Assembly (NCBI GenBank): GCA_963843145.1
Contig: CAWJJC010000012.1
Location: 192,622 to 256,621, forward strand
Source: an uncultured delta proteobacterium
GTDB lineage: Bacteria; Desulfobacterota; RBG-13-43-22
Reading direction: 5' to 3'
DNA: 64,000 bases
The translations under genes and the position numbers were made by a program. This document shows, piece after piece, positions 57,925 to 64,000 of this stretch. Under the pieces are notes generated by a model. It searched no databases. It was not told the DNA's origin and worked only from the letters and a program-made list of their open reading frames with translations. The stretch's first letter is position 1. Each line of letters opens with the position of its first letter.

Positions 57925-58981
57925 CGTAGGTCTCTTTAACGAGATAATTAAAAAGTGCCTTTCTAGAGTCGATGTTTGTAGTTCTTCTTGTCGCAGCATC
58001 TAGTATTTGTTCAGGCGCCGTTCGATCTTGTAACCGTTTTCCGATCAGTTTTATTTTTGCTACAATATCATTAGAGATTGGCTGGGCATTTACTTTTTCT
58101 ATGCGTGATTTGAGTTCAAATTGGCAATGATATAAAAGCAAAAAGTGAATAGAATAAAGTTTTTTTGGAGAAAGGAATATATTTCAATCCATCTCCAAGA
58201 TAATTATCAATTGTCTCCATAATAATTCTGAACCGTCGTTCTACTTCAGCACACTCCGGATATTCTGCATCTTTCTCGTTATAAATCTTATTTATGGAAG
58301 CTTGAGTCTTACCAGTTAATCCTTTAAGCATTAGCAAAGCGAATTCACTTGAAATTTCTACTTCCTCCATTCTTGCAATGTTATTCTCAGTGAATATTTT
58401 CCAGGTGCGCCATTTATTTAACTGTTCTGAAGCTATTCTATACATAGACGTTTTAAATTCCCCATAAAATTTCGCATTTCGCAATTCCTGTTCGTTTAGT
58501 TTCAGCCCCGTGGCATTCATTCTGGCAAATATTTCTAATACTTCACGGTCATCGGTACTAGATGGGAGAATATGGACACTGAACTCATAATCTAAAATTG
58601 CTTGCTGTGTCTGATCAGGAAGATCCAAAAACATTTTACCGTAGAGCTCTTTGTTATGTGATCTCTTCACAGTAAAAATGTCTCTATCTGGATTTAAATC
58701 TTTAAGAAAGTTAGGGCTTATATATGAAACTAAAGTACGTATCCTTTGTTGACCATCTACAACTTTGGGTTCAAAGGTCTTCAAGTCAGATTTTTGCTCT
58801 CTCAAGAAGATAATCGGCATTGGCAAGCCACGCACGACAGTATCTATAAGATATGACTTTGCTCCTGGATCCCATACAGGACGTCTTTGAAAGCTGGGGC
58901 TTAGAAGAAGTGTTTGGCTTTTTGCCATGTTATAAAATCACTAACCTTATAATTTGTCTTTGTAATATCTATTGTTTTCAT
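57917..58981 (-). pseudogene. DUF262 (ParB-like/GmrS) protein, frameshifts near 58922 and 58130
   Basis: AGGAG-ATG 58981 MKTIDITKTNYKVSDFITWQK, then FQRRPVW, VVDGQQR, IFARMNATG. Confidence 0.8.
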
Positions 58982-59456
58982 CGAGTTCTCCTAACGCCTT
59001 GGCATTTTAGAAAGAGCTTAGCATATAATGTCACTTCAAAAAAGAGAACAGCTATTTTGAAAATTTAGCTGCTTTTTATGCCAGAATCAATTAAATTCAC
59101 GGGGACTCATAAAGCTGCTACTGTTCTTCGCCCTTCCGGCGAATGGACTTGAATCCTAATTAGTCACGGATGTTTTTTGCCCACGCCTATATAAGCATCG
59201 GTTGGGTCTTTGTGCGTTGTTCCTCCCTGATTGTATTACTATTTTTTCAGGGCAAAACCCCTCTCTTCCGGCGTCGATGAGGGATTTGCCAAACCCTATT
59301 TGGACGAAACATCGAGATGGGTCGTTGCATTGGTGATCCGCTTAGAAGCTTTTTTGTGAAAGAAAAAGGGGTCGTTAATCCATTCTCGTCTCTCATTTTG
59401 TACATAAACCGCTTATAAATAGGTCAAGAGGTCCAGACAGGCCAGGTCCAAGTCCA

Positions 59457-62400
59457 CTACACACCTCCATGACTCTGGCGTACGACTTGTACCGCACTCT
59501 TGAGACGTTCCCGGATCCGACCGCCCAACCGATGGAACGGTAGATGTCAAAGATGCCAGCGGATGAGTTCCTCGTCAGTGCGCAAAAGTCCGTCGGATGT
59601 CAACCACTTGGCAATCTGCCGAAGTTCTTCATCGGTGTACTGGTCGATCGTCTCCCGTACTGGCAAGAGTGGCTGTGGCCCGCGCTGCGACTCTGCCGTC
59701 TGCGACGGCTCCTGTGGCAAGGATTCGATCCTTCCAGCAGTCGGCGCAAGGGCCACATGGGCGTCCAACAGATCCGCCAAGCGCACTGCCTCCTCGTATG
59801 CTGAAACAGCGCGCTGGGTCTCCTGTTCACGGTTGTCAACCAGTCCGTCGACCAGATAGCGATGAAACCTCCAGCCGAGGCGTTGCAGGTGAGTTTGTCT
59901 CAAACGATCACGGTCTCGGGCTGTGGCGCTCAGAGTGGTACGAGGCCCCATCGCATTCGATAGCGAGCACAGGACGACCGGGTTTCTTCGGGTGCATGGC
60001 AACGAGGTCGATGCGGTAACGAGAGGCACCGAACTGCGGGCGTGTCGTGATGCCGCTGGCCTCCAGAGCGTCGTTCACATCGGCCTCGAACGCATTGAGA
60101 CCGATTCCGCTGTCGCTTTCTTCTTCGGGCATCCATTTGCCACCACTCGCTGCAAACTCAAGAATAGCCTTCAGTAGCTGCACGCCTCGACCGCCGGAGC
60201 GGTTCAAGTCGATCTCGTGGTGAGAGAATGAACTGATTACGCATATCCGGCGCTTCGCACGTGTTACAGCCACGTTTAGGCGGCGGTGCCCAGCCTCTTT
60301 GTGAGCGGGCCGAAGCGGTGTGGAAGATCTCCATTTGAGGCCTTGCCATAGCCTAATGGAAAGGATGCAATCGGCGTCACGTTCGTCCCCTTGAACGGTT
60401 TCTAGGTTCTTGACGAAGAAGCGCTCCTCCCAATCCAGAAGAGAAGTCCGAAAAGTCGGGCCGAAGCACGAGGGCGCGATCCAATGCGGCCTGTACGCGG
60501 TTTGCGTGCCTGATGCCCATGGTGATGACGCCGAGCGATTCGTGGGGCCGTTTCTCCGCGTGCAGCAGAACCTGGCGTACGACTTCCTCGACCTCACGCG
60601 ATGCACTCTCCTCTTGCCCGCCCAACTCCGGATCATGAGGAACCAGTATGTGACGGATTGCCTCGTGACCACGGGCACTCGGAAAAGTCACAAGCCGACC
60701 TGTATAAATGTGCGTATTGCTGAATGTGATGAGCCTTTCGTCCTCGCTGCGGTAGTGCCACTCCAGGAGCCAATTCCGGTAGGAAAGTTCGAGCGTGTCG
60801 AGCAGGCTCTCGAATCCGCCAATCGCTGCCGTCGCTTGGGCCAGGGCGTCGCGCGCTTCATCATCGTCCTCGATGATGTCGTCCTCACCTTCGACCGCCG
60901 TCGCGAAGAAGGTCGTAGGCGGCAGCTGGTGCCGGTCTCCAGCCACGACCACCTGTTCAGCGCGGTAGAGTGAGGAAATTGCTTCTTCTTGAAGCACTTG
61001 GCTAGCTTCGTCGAAAACGACGATGTCGAAATGGCGGTTGCCGCCATCTGTTCAACTGGCTGACCGAAAGTGGGCTGGCTACCCAGCACGGCGCGATCCG
61101 TGTCAGCACGTCAGGCGCTCGAGCCAGTAGTTCGCGCAGCGGTATGTGCCGCGACTTCTTGAGTGCCTCGGTCCGGACCAGGTTGGCTTGATCGAAGTGC
61201 TGGTTCATCGCTTCGATGGCGCGCTCGCCTGGAGCCTGCGAACACGGTCGGCGGCGAGGCGGATACGTTCGCGATCTAACCGGATGAAGTCAGAGACGAT
61301 TTCATCGTGTGTGCGACCGTTGAATGAAGCAGGAGCGGATCGGATGCGAACACCTCTTCGAGCGCTGAGTAGAGCCAGATGTACTCGAACCGGGACGCCC
61401 AATGGTTGGTAGCGACCTCGTGCTTTCGGATATCATCCAACAGGTGGTCAAGATTCGCCGCCCTGAGGCGTGAGCGGACGGCATGAACGCCTGGCAACTG
61501 GTAAGGTGTTTTTTGGTCATCGGCCAGTGACCGCAGTCGCAAAGCCATAGACATGAGCGGCATGCCGCCGATGGGTTCGATTTGGTCAACGCGTCGAGCG
61601 ACTTTGTTGCTTCGCACAACGCGACGAACGCATCATCGAACTCTGTCTCGTTGTCCGTTACGACGGGAACGTCGGAGACCGCACCCAAGCCCTCGCCAAC
61701 TGCGGAGGGCATCCTCGGCGTTCAATGCCTCCTCCCTCGAGTGTCACGGCTGCTGCCGGAGTTGATCGCAACGCGAGCAGGCGCTTACGTGCGGCACGGT
61801 ACGCCCCATTACTGACGAATGCCCATGCTCGGGCAATTGGTCCTTCCGTCGCGCCGATGAGAGCCCGCGCCAGTTCACAGGGAGTGCCGAGAATATCTGC
61901 CTTGTACCGTTCGCGAATGCGACTCAAATAGCACAACAAAGACAGAAACGTAGCAGTCTCATCGAGCGTCCCGGATAGCCAGACACCAAGTTGCTGCACC
62001 ACCTGTCCGAAATAACGCTCGAAGTCGGGCCAGAGTTTGTATGCGGCCCTCGTCGCTAAATCAAGCGCCTCCTGTGCATGGCGTCCGTCCGTAATTTCCG
62101 AGTTATTCCAGGGCGATGGGTCCGTTCCGAGAAGAAGGGTTGGATTGGCCGCGCCCTCGAGGATCCACTGTTTCACTTCGTCCTTACGTTCGGCTGTGAG
62201 CGCCCCCAGCGCCTCTCCGCGAAGCCGAAGGGCGGATTTTGCCGCCTCCGGCAGCGCGAAGAGGCTGCCGATCATCCGGTTTCACTGAAGCCCCGGTCGG
62301 TTGCCGAATAACGTTCACCCGGCGCGCATGTGGTTTCGAACTGTTTGCGCCGACCTCGAATTCCCTGTGCACAGCCGTGACTCCATCGGCCGGCATTGCG

Positions 62401-63592
62401 TGGCGAATCTGCTCAAGCGCAGCGCCGATCGGGCCATGACCTCCCTGCGGGACACGGATGCGCCGTGCAGGTCGAGGACCAAGTGGCCGAGGGCGACCGT
62501 CGGGTGATTCAGTCGTTTGATCACCGCATCGAGAGCAGCACGCTTCTCGGCGACGAAGAGGACGCGCCGCCCTCGGCGACCTCCTGGGCAATCAGGTTGG
62601 CGATGGTCTGGCTCTTCCCGTACCGGGTGGGCCTTGGATGACGCCGTTCTGCCCCCTGCAAGCGAGGACGATCGCGCGATGCTGCGTCGAGTCGGCATCG
62701 AGCACGAGATAGTCGTCGGCAGCGGGCCGCTCGTCGAGGGTGTGCGGGTCGATGTCGACGACGGCCTGGGCGAGCTGGCGTCGCGACTCCCGGTGGCCCG
62801 CTATGGCAGCGATGAGCGGATTCGCAGCCATCGCGTCGCCGTTCTCTTGAGATCCTCGACCATGGCCATCTTTGCGAACTGGAAGTTCCCGGACTACGCG
62901 TCGGCGGACTTCGAGAAATCGGGGATCGCTCGCCCGTCGAGTTCGACGCGCTCGATGACCGAGTTGGGATCGATCCTCCATCGTCCGTCATCGTCTTCGG
63001 CCGTACAGGCAGAAAGCACGCATCGGCGGAGATGCGAACGCCGAAGCTCTGTTCCAGCACGAAAACGAGCACCGGGTTCAGCTGGGGTTCGCCGTGGACC
63101 TTCGAAGCGGGAATCCTGGCCGCCCTGACCGCGTGACTCGATTCGTGCCGGGATGAGCAGCACCGGTGCCTCATAAGGGCGACCGCCATCGGATGCGGGC
63201 CAGGTAGCCATTCCCCTGGCGAAGAAGAGCGTTTCTATGCCCTTCTCTTCGAGGGAACCGGAGCAGCGCTTTGCGTTCGATAGCGATGCGTGAATTTCGA
63301 GCCTTCTGCCTTGGCTCGACTCGGACTCGAGGACACGTTTGATGGGGTCAGTGTCCTCCTCGTACCGGCCTTCCGAGATTAGTGACTCGACGGGCATGGG
63401 CTCGCCGCCGAGGAGGCGGTCCACAGCCTCCGTCTCGGCGCTCAGGTCGAGGGTGCCAATCGTAAGGTCGCGGTAAAAAGAAAGGGAGTTCGATCGCGAG
63501 TGGTCGATAAGCCTACGTATCCACACGCCCCGGGCGGCATCCACGATTCGACAGATCTCTCGGTTTGAGGAATAGACTTGAGTTTCAGGCAT
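59457..63592 (-). pseudogene. DUF4011 - SF1 (Upf1-like) helicase - REase/Vsr-like nuclease (Hhe-like), many frameshifts
   Basis: Fragments in order: W..RLID.SRSN, DADSTQ..IQGPP/GKSQTIANL, FVAEKRAAL, CWVASPLSVSQ, GDRHQLPPT, WHYRS, KNLETVQGDERD, RRLNVAVTRAK, YRIDL..AIECDGASYH, LQRLGWRFHR. Confidence 0.85.
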
Positions 63593-64000
63593 CGAACGAA
63601 TAGATCAGCGTGTCGAGCTGTAGTCCGAGGACACCTGAATGGGCTAGCAGAATGGGTTTGGAACTGAGCAAACAAACCAACCCTTTAAGTATAGAGATAA
63701 CTGATTAATTTAAAAGGAATATTTATCCTAATAGGCCTCTTTCCAGAGTCAAGATACTCTTTATAAATATAATGCTGTTGCGCCTCCTATTGGTGAACTA
63801 TTTTCCTCATCCCGGTGCCATTTTCTGTTCTTCCTGTCTGGATGGCAGGGATGATCGCTTTGAAGACTGAATCAAATTCGCCGGATGGTGGATTGGCGGA
63901 TGGGAAACGTTCAGTAGATGGTAGGCATAAAACGAACGCTGGCATTCGCAACTCCCATAGGTGCCGGCAAAGCGGCTAACCTTCTCAGAGGGTCGGGATA

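Noticed and set aside
59090-59300. Hairpins upstream of DUF262, considered as a c-di-GMP riboswitch or sRNA
   Set aside because: GGCAAA is present but the GAAA tetraloop and second-stem consensus are missing; insufficient support.
1-64000. CRISPR array, rRNA or tRNA genes (including tRNA-Sec)
   Set aside because: No regularly spaced repeat-spacer series and no tRNA or rRNA signatures recognised by eye.
63600-64000. Possible gene end at the right edge of the window
   Set aside because: No recognisable protein in the frames I read.

Overview
A roughly 55-60% GC bacterial chromosomal segment; gene content suggests an anaerobic Desulfobacterota-like organism (inference). From 1 to about 51 kb it is mostly intact housekeeping and energy genes: priA-def-fmt-rsmB-rpe; coxD/coxE-like genes plus a glycosyltransferase/methyltransferase cluster converging on a 4-repeat secreted protein; Fe/Mn SOD; mltD-hypE-tlpA-(Cys-rich ORF)-nosL-nosL-permease; a HesB-like selenoprotein split by the ORF track; a 2-oxoacid:ferredoxin oxidoreductase (delta-alpha-beta-gamma) cluster followed directly by hdrA::mvhD-hdrC-hdrB; a PAS histidine kinase; and usp-RACo-waaA-carA-carB-purF-kdsD-pfkA. 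From about 51.3 kb it is an accessory/defence island: a toxin-antitoxin pair, gene remnants, Fic, a truncated RAYT-like transposase, an intact IS110 element, frameshifted DUF262 and HEPN genes, and a heavily frameshifted DUF4011-helicase-nuclease (Hhe-like) gene. The strongest hidden signal is the IS110 3' non-coding end. It folds by eye into a two-loop bridge-RNA-like structure whose target loop matches the element's own reconstructed insertion site. No rRNA, tRNA or CRISPR array was recognised. All calls come from reading the sequence; no searches were run.
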